A program made the position numbers and the translations under genes. Shown here one piece after another: positions 1-10,189 of a stretch of 60,781 nt of DNA. This DNA is from an uncultured bacterium (GTDB taxonomy: Bacteria > Patescibacteriota > Patescibacteriia > CAIQCM01): contig OY970181.1 of assembly GCA_963708045.1 (NCBI GenBank), positions 1,127,443-1,188,223 on the forward strand, in the 5' to 3' direction. Position 1 is the stretch's first letter. Each line of letters starts with the position of its first letter. The notes under the pieces were generated by a model. It was given only the letters and a program-made list of their open reading frames with translations, did no database searches and had not been told where the DNA came from.

Positions 1-54
1 GGGAACGACAAACGGAAGCGGCAAGCCGGTATACAGTCTTTCCGTGTTCAACAT
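1..54 (-). CDS. 5' end of a CDS running off the window (MLTRKRLYTGLPLPFVVP...)
   Basis: ATG at 54-52 preceded by a strong SD (AAAGAGGAG); upstream TTGACG-17-TAAGTT promoter-like sequence; frame open to the window edge. Confidence 0.4.
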   Translation of the reverse strand, partial: MLNTERLYTGLPLPFVVP

Positions 55-205
55 GGCGTTTCTCCTCTTTTTCAAGTTTCCAAATTTCTACCAAAGCTTA
101 TAAACTTAGCAGAAAAACCATTCCGCGTCAACCCCCGACTAGTTACGCAACAAACAGTTAATCTATTTATAACCTAAAGAAGATTAGTGTTTAGCCTTAT
201 TACCA

Positions 206-2416
206 TTACTCCGTTTTAATTTCAAAAACAATCGGATGAGGCAGGTTACGATAAGGACCGGAATTATAAAGCACAAAATCAGGGAAACTTATTTTACAAC
301 CTGTTTCCGTAATTTCGGTAACTACTCCTTTTTGCGGCACGTCCCAAGCGGTGGTGTTTTGCGGGATTGTCGTGCTTTGTCCAGAAATTTGATTTTGGAT
401 AACCCAACCCGGCGTTTCAAATTTCCCTTCTTTAGTTGTCGCCAAAATCTTGCCGTCTGTTAAAACCGACGCGGCGCTCAAATCAAATTCTATTGTATGG
501 TCGTAGCCAAAATTCATCGGACTTTGTGAAATTCCCATTATAGTTTGCGCTGGCCAGTTTTCCAAATAATTAACTTTTACCTGCCACTTGCCGAGGTAAG
601 AATATTTAGCGCCGGCTGGAACGGAATTTTTAATTAATTCACCCTGCGCTAAATATTTAACCGTACCCAAATAATTTGGATCAATCGCGAAAATCGGTTT
701 TGATGCCATGGACTCACTTTGATTAATCGCGAAACACGAATCAAAGGTTTTAACTTTTATATTGCTTTCCTTAATCTTATCCGTCATTTCCGCGTTACTA
801 AAAATTATACTGACCTTGTCCAATTTTTCATTGCTTTTATCAAAACAGAAACTGCGTTTGTCTTTTTCGCCCCAATCTTCAACATACGGTTCGCCGGTTT
901 TTGGATACACCACCGCCTTGATCCACGCTTTTGCCGTTTTGCTGGTAAAATTTTTAAGATCATCAAAGACGACTTTTTTCACGCTTGCCGCTTGATCGTA
1001 ATCAATAGAAAATGTATGTACCTGAACCGTTAACGGTTTTAATTCTTTAACCGCATAAGACATCTCGGGGACACCGACAACAAAATCGGTTTCACTGTTT
1101 CCACCAGCGCCCGAGGAATGGGTTGGAAATTTTTTGCTTTGGTCTTTTGCTTTATAATTTTCAATCGGCTTTTGGTTATAATTCCACAAAGTAAACTCTT
1201 TCCAGTTTTTCTTAAACCCACCGTCAATTACCGTATCAACACTTTTTTTAGGATTACTTGCACTACTGCAAGCCTCAAAAACTTTAGTAATTATCCCGCG
1301 GTCATAAGTGTTGGACAAATAAAACGGGAAAAGATATGTCCCGTATTCAAAGTTATCACCCTCGCTATCCAAACTTATTTCCGGTTTGGGAAGATAACTA
1401 ATAACGTAGCCTTGCTCTGAATTTATTTTTGGATAAATCATATCCTCGGACCACGTGGCCGTACCTTCTATCCACCACAGATCGCTTTTCTTTTGCCATG
1501 CCCAAGGGAAAGCGCGCTGAAAGCCGTGAAATAACTCATGCACGGTTGTTGTCTTTAGCAAATTTGGCGTTAAGTTTTCGCGCAGTAAAATAAAACTACT
1601 ATAGCCATTGCCTTCGTCGGGTGAATTTACTCCCTGCGAAGAAGTCCCGTCGTTGTCTAGCAGGGCGGCGTAGCCAACCGGAACAATATAGACATCGGTT
1701 TTATTGTCCCCACCAAAAACACCATCGGACGGCGGCACTTTTCCAAGGAGTCCGACAAATTGCGCATAAGCGCCATCGGTATTTAAATTGGCCACAACCT
1801 GTTTCGCTGTGTCGTAATATATTTTTGTCAGTGTTTCAACATCCCCGACTGTTTCCGTTTTCTCCAAATACCAAACCCTAATTTTACCATCGGCCGTTAC
1901 CAGAGCGTCTTCGGATTTGTAGGAAAATGGCCGTTCGCGCGCATAAGCAGTATTAACAAACTTAAATATGCCCACCTTGGGCGCTTCTATTTCGCCGTTC
2001 AACAACATACTGATATAGCTTTCCGGATCATTCGGACGTTTAAAATACGGCGCCAGTTCTTTTTTTGTTGCCGCGGATAGTGTGTCCCAATTCGCTTTAA
2101 TGTCCGTAAAAACCCCAGCGTCTTCAAAGGGCGCATTTTTTGTATGATACTCCTGCGGCAAAGTTGGGTCGTTAAACAAAAACTTAACCTTGTAAACGAG
2201 CGAGGTTTGATAATCAAACTTATTTTCAGCCAGCGCTTTTTCTATTAAATCTATTCCCGTTGGCTCGCTTGCATACCGTTCCCCTTCGGCAACTTCTTCG
2301 GGCGACACCGAAACATTATTTTTTTTCGCTTTAAACAAAAACGCCACACCAACGCCAACCAGCAAAACAATTACGGCAACAATTAATATTTTCTTATTCT
2401 TCAGCATATATGCCAA
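206..2416 (-). CDS. Membrane-anchored secreted zinc metallopeptidase-like protein (gluzincin-type)
   Basis: 736-aa ORF; N-terminal basic plus hydrophobic anchor; HEXXH motif (TTVHELFHGFQ) followed by WWIEGTATWSE third-ligand motif. Confidence 0.75.
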   Translation of the reverse strand: MAYMLKNKKILIVAVIVLLVGVGVAFLFKAKKNNVSVSPEEVAEGERYASEPTGIDLIEKALAENKFDYQTSLVYKVKFLFNDPTLPQEYHTKNAPFEDAGVFTDIKANWDTLSAATKKELAPYFKRPNDPESYISMLLNGEIEAPKVGIFKFVNTAYARERPFSYKSEDALVTADGKIRVWYLEKTETVGDVETLTKIYYDTAKQVVANLNTDGAYAQFVGLLGKVPPSDGVFGGDNKTDVYIVPVGYAALLDNDGTSSQGVNSPDEGNGYSSFILLRENLTPNLLKTTTVHELFHGFQRAFPWAWQKKSDLWWIEGTATWSEDMIYPKINSEQGYVISYLPKPEISLDSEGDNFEYGTYLFPFYLSNTYDRGIITKVFEACSSASNPKKSVDTVIDGGFKKNWKEFTLWNYNQKPIENYKAKDQSKKFPTHSSGAGGNSETDFVVGVPEMSYAVKELKPLTVQVHTFSIDYDQAASVKKVVFDDLKNFTSKTAKAWIKAVVYPKTGEPYVEDWGEKDKRSFCFDKSNEKLDKVSIIFSNAEMTDKIKESNIKVKTFDSCFAINQSESMASKPIFAIDPNYLGTVKYLAQGELIKNSVPAGAKYSYLGKWQVKVNYLENWPAQTIMGISQSPMNFGYDHTIEFDLSAASVLTDGKILATTKEGKFETPGWVIQNQISGQSTTIPQNTTAWDVPQKGVVTEITETGCKISFPDFVLYNSGPYRNLPHPIVFEIKTE

Positions 2417-2446
2417 TTATCACATCATCGTAATCCCTTGGCAAGC

Positions 2447-2484
2447 AAAAAAATGGGGAGCAAAAGCAATGCCCCCCATTTTTT
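2447..2484 (-). terminator. Intrinsic terminator after the SPFH gene
   Basis: aaaaaaatgggg...ccccattttt imperfect hairpin with A/T runs immediately past the stop at 2489. Confidence 0.6.
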
Positions 2485-2488
2485 GTTA

Positions 2489-3301
2489 CTACTTTAGACC
2501 AACAAAAGGACTTGCCCCGCCCCAATAGGTCGGAACTTTTCCGTCCCACTTTTCTATCCAGCGCAATTCAACAACCTTAGGATTAGAATTTAAAGCCTCA
2601 GCTTCGGTTTTAATGGCTTTTGCTTTTCCGGCCGCTTCCACAACTTTTTGCTCAGCTTCAATGCGTATTCTTTCTAAATCCCTTTCCGCTTTTAGTTTAA
2701 GCTGTTCGGCTGTCACTTTGGCTTCAATGGCATCATTAAAGGCGTCGGAAAAATCAAAGGCAATAATATTTATTTCATCAATCACAATATCGTTTTTCAC
2801 TAATCGCTCGGCCAGATTAGATTTAATCTGCTCTTTTACATCTTCCCGCTTAATAATTAATTCTTCGGCGGTAAACTTTGCGGTTACTGCTTTAACCGCT
2901 TCCTGAATTGAAGGTGCAATGATTCGCGAATTATAATCTTTCCCAACTTCTTGCCATATTTTATTAACACTGCCCGGGGAAAGGTGGTAGTTTATAGCGA
3001 CTTTAGAGGTTACGACTTGCAAATCTTTTGACGAAGCACTCGCTGGAACTTCGTCTTTTTGCATTTTTACATCCATTTTTACAACTGTCTGAATAAATGG
3101 AATTTTAAAGTATAGACCTTCATCAAATACCTTGTCTTTTACCGCGCCAAATTGAATAAGGATACCGCGCTCGCCAGCTCCAATAGTCCCAAACGCGCCA
3201 AAAACAATAATCAACAGAAAAACAAATAGCAACGAAAACATTACGCTTTTTTTAACTTTCTTAATATTCTCAATTTTTTCTAGATCAATTACGTTGTCCA
3301 T
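2489..3301 (-). CDS. SPFH/band-7 (prohibitin/HflC-like) membrane protein
   Basis: 270 aa; N-terminal TM; IGAGERGILIQFGAV, GLYFKIPFIQTV, SKDLQVV motifs; C-terminal coiled coil (AIEAKVTAEQ). Confidence 0.92.
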   Translation of the reverse strand: MDNVIDLEKIENIKKVKKSVMFSLLFVFLLIIVFGAFGTIGAGERGILIQFGAVKDKVFDEGLYFKIPFIQTVVKMDVKMQKDEVPASASSKDLQVVTSKVAINYHLSPGSVNKIWQEVGKDYNSRIIAPSIQEAVKAVTAKFTAEELIIKREDVKEQIKSNLAERLVKNDIVIDEINIIAFDFSDAFNDAIEAKVTAEQLKLKAERDLERIRIEAEQKVVEAAGKAKAIKTEAEALNSNPKVVELRWIEKWDGKVPTYWGGASPFVGLK

Positions 3302-3380
3302 ATATTTTTAGTATATTAGTAATATTTTATTAATTATATTTCACGGGAATTATGAATGATTAATTAGTCATACGCATAAT

Positions 3381-3406
3381 AAAAAAACCGGCTTAACACC
3401 GGTTTT
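3381..3406 (-). terminator. Intrinsic terminator
   Basis: Minus strand aaaaccgg-tgttaag-ccggttttttt. Confidence 0.6.
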
Positions 3407-3532
3407 AATTAATACTGAGTCCCCGCTCCAAAGCGCTTTCTTGCGAAAGACCAATCGCTTTTTTGCTCATCAGTATTCAAGGTAACGACACCTTACCAAA
3501 TATCAAACTTTTGAGCAAATGGGGTAATGATT

Positions 3533-4717
3533 TTACCCACCAAGCTTAACTGTTGAAAGAATCTGCACGGCAAAATTATTAGAAGCAAAAGATTCGTTTG
3601 CGCAGAGCGTTTGATTATTTGAATCCTCATAGACAAGACAACTGGTCGGATGGCTAATAACAAACTTTAACGAGGCAACTTTGTCGGCGAACGCTGTGGC
3701 ATAAGTATAAGTCGTGTAAATAGTTCCCGCCGCTGCCCCCGACTCACTCATAACACAATAGTCCTTGCCGTATAAAGAAATTTTTTCAGCCTTTCTGCCA
3801 CGGTCGCAAACGAGTTCGCCAGCTGTTAGAGAAATGCCCGCCGTCTGTTTCCAATCTTGAAGTTTATAATACGTGGTCGGGAGTGTATCAATATACTGAT
3901 AAGTAATCCCCAATTTTTTATCAACAAATGTCTTGTCTAGATTATATGTCGGTGGCGGAAGCAACCCCGTGCAACGCCAATTAATTTCAACGGTTTTTGA
4001 CACCGCGTCAACCACGCAGGCTGGACTGCAACCCGGGCGCGTCGCGTTTAAGTTAGCATCAAACCACCAGCTTTTTGAATTTTCATTGTATGTTCCAGCA
4101 TTCAAGGCTTCGCCACCTTTAATGCAAGACTTTTCGGCAACAAGTCGCGCTTCGGTTTCGGTAAGTAGTGCCGCGGAAAATTCAGTTAGCTTATTGCCTT
4201 CAACCTTAAAATACTTACTCACCCCAACCGAAGGCATTGCTGTCATTGGTTCGCCAGGTTTGCGATCGGCAAAATTAACAACAAGCTGGCCGTTTAAATA
4301 TTCGGTCGTCTGCGGCGCGATCCGGTCGCCAAGAAGAATGGCGTTCGTGCCAACAAAACCACCACTCGCGCTAAGTAACGCCGCAACATAATAAAACGTT
4401 CCCGTGCCGCCGGTTTGTTGCGTTAAAATAAAAGCCGCATCGGCGACGCCGTCGCCGTTTAAATCAGCGCGAACATCGTTACCAAAATAGCGCGTTAAAA
4501 TTGTACTTGCCGAATCCGTAATTAGCGCATCGTTACTCCCATTCTTTAACTCAACCGCTTGGCCATCAATTAAATACGTCCCATTCCTAGGATCGGCCGT
4601 TGGCGTAGCAACCAACGGCGAGTTTGGTTGCGTGGTCGGTAATTTATAAATAACAACAAACCCAGCCGCCAACAAAACAACTACAAGCGCGATTACTAAG
4701 ACTGTTTTTTTATTCAT
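3533..4717 (-). CDS. Hypothetical N-terminally anchored, Cys-containing surface protein
   Basis: Open frame (ORF track 3533-4735; ATG at 4717 MNKKTVLV preferred); N-terminal TM, Pro/Thr linker, DLNGDG loop, paired Cys domains. Confidence 0.7.
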   Translation of the reverse strand: MNKKTVLVIALVVVLLAAGFVVIYKLPTTQPNSPLVATPTADPRNGTYLIDGQAVELKNGSNDALITDSASTILTRYFGNDVRADLNGDGVADAAFILTQQTGGTGTFYYVAALLSASGGFVGTNAILLGDRIAPQTTEYLNGQLVVNFADRKPGEPMTAMPSVGVSKYFKVEGNKLTEFSAALLTETEARLVAEKSCIKGGEALNAGTYNENSKSWWFDANLNATRPGCSPACVVDAVSKTVEINWRCTGLLPPPTYNLDKTFVDKKLGITYQYIDTLPTTYYKLQDWKQTAGISLTAGELVCDRGRKAEKISLYGKDYCVMSESGAAAGTIYTTYTYATAFADKVASLKFVISHPTSCLVYEDSNNQTLCANESFASNNFAVQILSTVKLGG

Positions 4718-4750
4718 ATATATAAATTTTAGCACGAAATTCGCTTAGAA

Positions 4751-4774
4751 TAAACTGGGTCAAGTCCAATTATT
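4751..4774 (+). repeat. 24-bp direct repeat, copy 1 (taaactgggtcaagtccaattatt)
   Basis: 23/24 identical to 6315-6338. Confidence 0.9.
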
Positions 4775-4810
4775 CGTTTTTAACAACACCCATTTAATTT
4801 TAACATTGAC

Positions 4811-4843
4811 AAAAAGAGGGCTCCCGACGGAACCCTCTTTAAA
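4811..4843 (-). terminator. Intrinsic terminator
   Basis: aaagaggg...ccctcttt hairpin with U-run on the minus strand just after the stop at 4854. Confidence 0.65.
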
Positions 4844-4853
4844 TACAATCGGT

Positions 4854-5099
4854 TCAAGGCCCGACACGGCCCGGACCCCACCCTGCTCGCACAGCCGCCT
4901 CATCCTCGGCCATTGTAGTATCAAACCCCTTGTATTGATCGCGAGGATCGTGAGACTTCCCAATCACCATACTGCGAAAAAGCCAATCCCTTTTCTTGTC
5001 TTTTGTGCGCCCGCGGCCAGGACACGGCAAAGGATGGCGTGGTTTTGTCTTTACTTTGCGGACACGACGCTTTTTGCGTTTATAAGCTGATGCACGCAT
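4854..5099 (-). CDS. Small Arg/Lys-rich hypothetical protein (81 aa)
   Basis: ATG at 5099 with AAAGGAG SD 7 nt upstream; lies just downstream of the 5125 stop and ends at a terminator. Confidence 0.55.
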   Translation of the reverse strand: MRASAYKRKKRRVRKVKTKPRHPLPCPGRGRTKDKKRDWLFRSMVIGKSHDPRDQYKGFDTTMAEDEAAVRAGWGPGRVGP

Positions 5100-5124
5100 C
5101 GGCAATCTCCTTTCTTGTGAGCTG

Positions 5125-5688
5125 TCACAATACTTTTTGACGCGCCAAACCAAGTTCGCATGCAGCCACGGAGCCAACCATCCAATCACACTCTTCAAAT
5201 AACGAACAAAGTTCGGGAGTAAGTGCAAAACCTTTGGGAACGCCTTGCGGACGCGCTTTCTTCAGTCTGTTCAAAAGCTCTCTGTCTAAAAACCGCGCCC
5301 AATTGTCAACACTCTTTAAAAGATCGGCGAGAACCGCTACCGTGATCAGGGTCGTGGCGGTTTGATAAGTATTGCGACCTCCGTCAAATTTTTTGGCAAA
5401 CGACCATAATCGCGTAACCTCTTTTTTCACCATGGTTTGGTCGCCCCCCACCTGAACGATACTAGAAGCAACATGAAGACACCTGTTTCTTGCTTGCGCA
5501 AGAGCCGCGGTATGATCGTCGTTTGGATTTGATTTTTTATCTTCCCAAACAACCAACAAAGCGCCGCCAAAAATTTTGGCAATATCATTTTCATATGAAC
5601 GAACAAAAGCCGGTTTGATACCAAGGTTCTCCATGATCACGGAAAAATGATACTGAGACTCGTCAACCTTAACCTGTGTCTTTGCCAT
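5125..5688 (-). CDS. Hypothetical protein (~187 aa, MAKTQVKVDESQ...)
   Basis: Within the 274-aa ORF; ATG at 5688 has an AAAGGTGA SD; alternative start at 5787. Confidence 0.6.
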   Translation of the reverse strand: MAKTQVKVDESQYHFSVIMENLGIKPAFVRSYENDIAKIFGGALLVVWEDKKSNPNDDHTAALAQARNRCLHVASSIVQVGGDQTMVKKEVTRLWSFAKKFDGGRNTYQTATTLITVAVLADLLKSVDNWARFLDRELLNRLKKARPQGVPKGFALTPELCSLFEECDWMVGSVAACELGLARQKVL

Positions 5689-5894
5689 ACAGTCACCTTT
5701 CTCAAAATTATCAAGGCACAATTTCACTGCCTTTATCTTACTCGCCCAACGCGTTCTGTCAAAAAAATTTAGATTCGTATTATCCATTTTTTGGCATCCG
5801 GTGAGCAACACTTCCGGAACAACAAAATGATTGACAATCAGTATAATATATGCAAGAATTGCCGTGAGTTGGAAATTTGAAAGGAGAGCAGAAA

Positions 5895-6221
5895 ATGACA
5901 AGTCCAGAACGGTATATCGGGTTAATCTCGTGCATCGCACTAACCTCATTCTTTGGCTGGCTCATCTGTTTCATCGCGACACCCATGAAGGATCCCGATG
6001 ATTACGACACGAACGGCGTTGGTAACCTAATCGTTGTAATCTTTTGGGCGCTGGCGGTCACGGCGTATGTCGTGCACTATGGACTGACCCACTATGGCCA
6101 AGTCTACGCCACTTGGACCGTGGTTATCATCACGGGTCAGCTTCTTGGAGCGATCGCCGTGCGTCTCATGAGAAAATACGATGTTGAAGAAAGGTTGTTC
6201 TGGCGTATCCAGCGCTTCTGA
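5895..6221 (+). CDS. Small 3-TM hypothetical membrane protein
   Basis: ATG at 5895 with AAAGGAG SD; three hydrophobic segments; followed by the terminator at 6273-6308. Confidence 0.7.
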   Translation: MTSPERYIGLISCIALTSFFGWLICFIATPMKDPDDYDTNGVGNLIVVIFWALAVTAYVVHYGLTHYGQVYATWTVVIITGQLLGAIAVRLMRKYDVEERLFWRIQRF

Positions 6222-6272
6222 AGCAACATCATCGTACGGACACTTTCTAGTGTGCCGCGCCCGCCACATTTG

Positions 6273-6308
6273 AAAAACCCCGCCAGGGTCGCCTGGCGCG
6301 GGTTTTTT
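6273..6308. terminator. Bidirectional terminator-like hairpin
   Basis: aaaaaccc-cgccagg-gtcg-cctggcg-c-ggg-tttttt. Confidence 0.7.
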
Positions 6309-6314
6309 ATAATA

Positions 6315-6338
6315 TAAATTGGGTCAAGTCCAATTATT
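6315..6338 (+). repeat. 24-bp direct repeat, copy 2; forms an imperfect inverted pair with 6376-6395 (GGGTCArGTC motif)
   Basis: taaattgggtcaagtccaattatt contains aattgg-N7-ccaatt dyad; ggacctgacccca at 6379-6391 is an inverted near-copy. Confidence 0.85.
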
Positions 6339-6481
6339 TGGTTATTGTTATGGGTAATTCACATGATGTCTATAAATCGGACCTGACCCCATTATACTCG
6401 CCCCACCACCTGTGCGTATGTTATGGGCGCTTATTTTTCGTTAATCTTATAAGCGCGGCGAAGCTCCCTATTTTTTAAAAA

Positions 6482-9400
6482 CTATAAGTACTTTTTTAAG
6501 ATTTCTAATTTTTGTTTTGATGATTCCTCCAGTTTTAACTCTGAAATTTTAATTTGTTTTTCAATTTTTCTTATCTCTGTAACTATTTTTTGTTGTTCTG
6601 AAATTGACGGTAAGGGAATTCTTATATTTTTAATGGTTTCTAAAGAAAAGCTCGATTTGCCCACTTTGTCCGAGTGCCATCGCCTCAATATTTTTGAAGC
6701 CAAAATCACAAAAATAATTTAAAATATAATCAGGCAATGCTTTTGTTCGATTTAATCTTAAAATTGTAATATGACTATCAACAACATAATCGCCATCCAA
6801 GTCAAACATTGTAACCCTGCCCGCTGTGCCAACACCAGTTGAGTTAATCAAAATATCCCCTTTTTCAAGTTTTCTTTCATCTAAAACAAAACCCTCACTT
6901 ACAAAGTGTTTATCAGAAAAATCAAATTCTTTATATCCTCTCGCCTGTCCAGACTTGATAATTTGAACTTTTGAATTCCCATACTGCGGAGACTTTCCTC
7001 TTCTCAACAAAAAGGCAATAGTCTCTACTTTTTGCAAACTACCTTTTTTGGGTATTAAGCCACTTATGCTTTTTCTAAGTTTCTGAATTTCTAGTTTATT
7101 TATTTTTTGTTTTTGCTCTAGTTCATTTATATCCTCTAAAATTATTTCTTGGATTTTTTTAGGGGGAAGAGGAATTTTTATATTTTCTAAATCCTCACCA
7201 TAGACATGTGGTTGAGCTTGCCCCCTCTGTAGGGAATATATTTCTTCTTGAATACTTTTTAAAATCTCAAAAATCAATTTTGTCGGAATATTGCTTTCAT
7301 CTTTTGATTGAATTGTATTGCAGTCAGACGCAAAAATAGGATTAAAAAAGTAATTCACAAAACCAGCATAAGCACCCGAAGCACTTATGGTTATAATATT
7401 TCCATTTCTATTTGAAATATCGTGGAAATACGCTGGGGTCTGACCACCGGCAATTACCGGAATATTCCCTTCCACGACATTATTTTGAGTTATGGAAGTG
7501 CCCTTTTTAATATTTGCGATTTCACCAAGAAGAACAATATTTTTTGTATTCCAGATATCTTCAACTTTTATCTTTTTTTTTAAAACTAATGAAATATTTT
7601 TCTCAAAATCAAATCTATCGAAGTTTATCATTTCAATAAGATTCATTACAAAAATATTTCTTTTAAGAGAATCGTGTATTTTTTGATCTTTATTCCCTAG
7701 AAACGCCTTATACACATAAGAATTTGCTTTTGTTTCATCGCCTTGGTTTTCAAAACCATACATTTTCGTACACTCATCAATAGATTTTCCTCTTTGTGTT
7801 GGATGAATTCCTTCATAACCTCGTCGGTTACTAAATTCATATCCGAGAAAATCTTTTTCCTCATTTTTTTGTCCTGATTTTGTCAAAATTATTTTTTGAG
7901 GAAAAGCGATAATAAAGTACAAAAGCTTTTCTTTTTCTATCTCAATAATTTTTTTATGTAGGTTAACGCTATCTTTTGTTTTCTTTTTATATTCTTTATA
8001 CAGTTCGTGGTTTTCAATATTCTTATTTACTCCACTTTCACAAAAGTTAATGTAATCTGCTAATTTTATCCCTGTCCAAACATGTTTTACATATTTTGAA
8101 AACACGTTTTCCACTCCGTTCACAGTTACATCATTATGATTTTGGAAAAACTTTTCTACGGAAAATTGAATATTTTGCCATTCATAATTATTTCTTTTCC
8201 TTAAAAAGAAAACTATCGTGTTTGTTCCTGTCGCCATAAACGTACCAGAGCCGAGTTCGGTAATACTAACAATCTCAAAATATTTGAAAATGATTTCCCG
8301 CGTCTTGGTATAAATCCCTGTATTACTTAAAATACTAGACGGTAAAATAATTCCCGCTAGCCCTCCGTCTTTAAGAAGTTGTTTAGTTCTCTCAATGAAA
8401 AGACACTCGATTTCAGAACTTTGGTCAGTCAAACGACCAAAAAGATCAAAAGATTTCTTAGCATTTTCTTCATCTAGGTTTCCCTTGAATGCGGAAACCG
8501 AATAAGGGGGGTTTGATATAACTAAATCAAACTGTTTATTGTCTTGAGGAAAATCACGATCAACCTCTTTTAATTTTCCACGATATTCAGGCGTTTTATC
8601 AAAAGTGCCAAGACCGTCGCCGTGAATTACTTTTGCAAGACCGTCGCCGTGAAGATAGCAGCCAACTTTTGCTGTTTTGACAAGACGATAATCTTTTTCT
8701 ATGCCGTAAACATAATCAAACGCCCACTCAAATTGATTTTTTTTCCACCCGCTAATTTTTCTCGCTGATTGTGGATTGAGGGTATTTTCATCAATTGAAT
8801 CTATTATTTTCTGAACGTTCTCCATTGATTCGATAAGGAAGTGCCCACTTCCAGCAGCATAATCTATGGTAGACGGAATAAGATCGTTTGGATTTCCTTT
8901 TGATATTTTATCGTTAATGATTTCTTTTACAGGCAGACTTTTAATGATATATTTAGCAACAGGAACAGGAGTAAAAAATTGTCCTGATTCTTGCTTTAAT
9001 CCCGTGGTAAGAAGAAGCTCAAAAAAATCACCCAAATATTGATGTTTTTTGTTATAACGAAGTTGGTATCCTTGTAGGAGTTCCACAACCTCTTTTACTA
9101 CTTTTGCATTTTCATCAAAAGACAGATCATCAAAGACCTCCTTGAAGGCGAATTCATTATTTTTCTTAAGTCTTATTTCTGTGAGTATTTTTAAGAATTC
9201 TGACTTATATTTTTCATCTACTGCGCCAAATTTCTTTTTAAATTCATCATCACCCATATCAACTACTTCTTTTTCTAAGAGTTCACTCATGCCCCTTTTA
9301 TAGAGATCAGTTAACCTCTTTTGAAAAGAAATATTATCATCTTCTCCTTCCAAATATTGAAAATGGAGCTGTTCATTTTTTGCTCTGTCTTCATCAACTA

Positions 9401-10184
9401 TCTTACACAAAAAAAGTGTGAAGATTTTATTAAACGCATTAGGTTTATCAGATACAACGTTTTGTCTTAGGATTTCCAAAAAACGGTTAAAAATAAAACT
9501 GCTATCTTCTTGCTTGATAATCTTAAGGTCGCTTAATGTTAGTGCTTTGTTTTGAAATTCATACGCATTAACCCAATCATCAAAAATTCCATTTGACTTT
9601 GAAATTTTATTCCAACGATCATAAAAATCTTTAACGTTGCCGGCCTCCTTATAGTGTTCTTCTATTTTTATTATTTCATTCTTGTAGGTTACTTCTTTCC
9701 CGTCAAAATTTGACGCATATAACATTAAGTATTGCGAATCCCTATCTTGTTGAAAATAAGTAAAAAGTTGTCCGCCATCTTTTTCTAGCTTTTTAAAAGA
9801 TTTCTCCAACTCCACGCCCCATGTTTTACACTCAATCATTAGGTATGCTTTTTTATTCTTTCTCACAAGAATATCAAGCCTTCCGCTTGTTCCGTGCCCG
9901 GTAGGATAAATTTTTTCTAGGGTTATATCATCCGGCTTGTATCCTTTTTCAATAAGACGATCAACACACTCTAAAACTACCCAATTTTCTTCTTGTGAAA
10001 AATTCTGTGTCGTACTACTACCGGATTGAATTTTTTTTCCAAAATCAATTTTTTTATTTTCAAAATCAACCTCAATAATATATCCGCCTGCGTTGGAATA
10101 TTTTTTATAAAAAACACCGACCGAATTTTCCTTCGGAACAAAATCTAATTTTTCAAGAAATTTTCTATTAGGCATAAGTGCCAT
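6482..10184 (-). pseudogene. Fused restriction-modification enzyme (endonuclease + m6A MTase + two TRDs; AloI/PpiI-like type IIB/IIG architecture) with a single-base frameshift near the 3' end
   Basis: PD-(D/E)xK-like GRLDILV...IECK; motif I DYAAGSGHFL; motif IV NPPY; two HsdS-like TRDs (IPLPP...Q; IPLPSISEQQKIV). An extra T at 6646-6649 breaks ELSLETIK; the last ~55 aa lie in the 6482-6709 frame. Confidence 0.85.
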
Positions 10185-10189
10185 AATTT

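Noticed and set aside
3411-3477. Hammerhead ribozyme (CTGATGA core)
   Set aside because: CTGATGAG is present on the minus strand, but no stem II closed by C-GAAA or correctly placed stems I/III could be built.
5689-5949. N-terminal extension of the 274-aa ORF
   Set aside because: It overlaps the divergent gene start and promoter region; a downstream ATG with an SD (5688) is more plausible.
4751-6338. Integron attC cassette
   Set aside because: No GTTRRRY/RYYYAAC R-boxes or attC-type hairpin, and no integron integrase; the nearby integrase is a phage-type enzyme with its own att in ssrA.
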